A DNA stretch of 32,000 bases from Nostoc sp. PCC 7120 = FACHB-418. Lineage in GTDB: Bacteria > Cyanobacteriota > Cyanobacteriia > Cyanobacteriales > Nostocaceae. The DNA lies in NCBI RefSeq assembly GCF_000009705.1, contig NC_003276.1, forward strand, positions 330,001 to 362,000, given 5' to 3'. The notes under the pieces are model-generated. The model made no database searches. It saw only the letters and a list, made by a program, of their open reading frames with translations, and was not told where the DNA came from. This document shows, piece by piece, positions 31,655-32,000 of the stretch. A program made the position numbers and the translations under genes. Each line of letters starts with the position of its first letter. The first letter of the stretch is position 1.

Positions 31655-32000
31655 ATGTTAATTCAAAGAACCGTATTATCTCTTCTTGTTTTTTCAGGAA
31701 TATTATCAATTTCTGCATCAGCGAAAGGTCAATTTAAGTTCGAGCCTCATTTATCAACAAATGAGCATATTCAAAGAGAGTTGCAAATATCAGGATTGTT
31801 AGCTCAAACGAATAACAAACCAACAAATTGCGATAATGATACAGTCCTACTTTTTCATACCAACAATAGGAAGTCTGTGCGAGTTCATCGTCCAAGAAAT
31901 AATTCAGAGCAATTATTAATGAATGTTTTTGATAGTAATATCGCTAACAAAAAGCAAGCGGATTTAGCTGTTTCTGTTCCAGTCAACAAAATATCAGAGA
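31655..32000 (+). CDS. Secreted hypothetical protein, 3'-partial (runs off the right edge)
   Basis: The ATG at 31655 opens a frame with no stop to base 32000. The product starts MLIQRTVLSLLVFSGILSISASA/KGQ, a clear signal peptide. It is absent from the supplied ORF track, presumably because it has no stop in the window. Confidence 0.6.
   Translation, partial: MLIQRTVLSLLVFSGILSISASAKGQFKFEPHLSTNEHIQRELQISGLLAQTNNKPTNCDNDTVLLFHTNNRKSVRVHRPRNNSEQLLMNVFDSNIANKKQADLAVSVPVNKISE

Noticed and set aside
1-32000. Search for CRISPR arrays, tRNA/rRNA genes and tmRNA
   Set aside because: I found no regularly spaced 25-40-bp direct repeats, no cloverleaf-like GTTCGAATC-type T-arm contexts and no rRNA-like conserved blocks by eye. 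The only periodic repeats are the coding RTX units.

Overview
This window looks like DNA from a filamentous, Nostocales-like cyanobacterium. It is AT-rich, and I count more than 20 copies of the HIP1 palindrome GCGATCGC by eye.

Layout, left to right:
- 1-1593: the 3' part of an RTX calcium-binding repeat exoprotein gene.
- 1.7-5.5 kb: a mobile-DNA patch holding an ISL3 insertion sequence and a decaying group II intron.
- 5.7-23.7 kb: an 18-kb block of envelope, secretion and signalling genes.
- 23.9-24.6 kb: a short G+C-rich island carrying a cupin gene.
- 24.6-26.6 kb: housekeeping-type genes (phosphodiester glycosidase, pentapeptide-repeat membrane protein, GNAT remnant).
- 26.8-27.0 kb: an RHH gene with an in-frame stop.
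- 27.2-29.8 kb: an e(P4)-type acid phosphatase gene cleanly split by a 1676-bp IS with perfect 25-bp inverted repeats and an 8-bp target duplication.
- 30.1-31.3 kb: a stand-alone IS200/IS605-type TnpB.
- 31655 onward: the start of a secreted-protein gene.

The 18-kb block contains:
- DUF928 and a CHAT-CHASE2 membrane protein (minus strand), divergent from a sigma-70-like gene overlapping a DUF1822 gene.
- An operon on the minus strand in the order PPC-repeat protein, parvulin PPIase, cNMP-domain/C39-like ABC exporter, HlyD adaptor, and a TpsA-like FHA-N beta-helix protein.
- A divergent TPR-CHAT protein with a signal peptide.

The best candidate for an undescribed system is this block, especially the CHAT-CHASE2 / DUF928 / sigma-like / DUF1822 core. 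To my knowledge none of those four families has an experimentally defined function. Their arrangement suggests an envelope-sensing, caspase-like-protease-gated sigma pathway wired to a dedicated secretion operon.

I saw no rRNA, tRNA or CRISPR array. All family assignments come from motif recognition by eye, with no database search, and the boundaries of non-coding elements are approximate.
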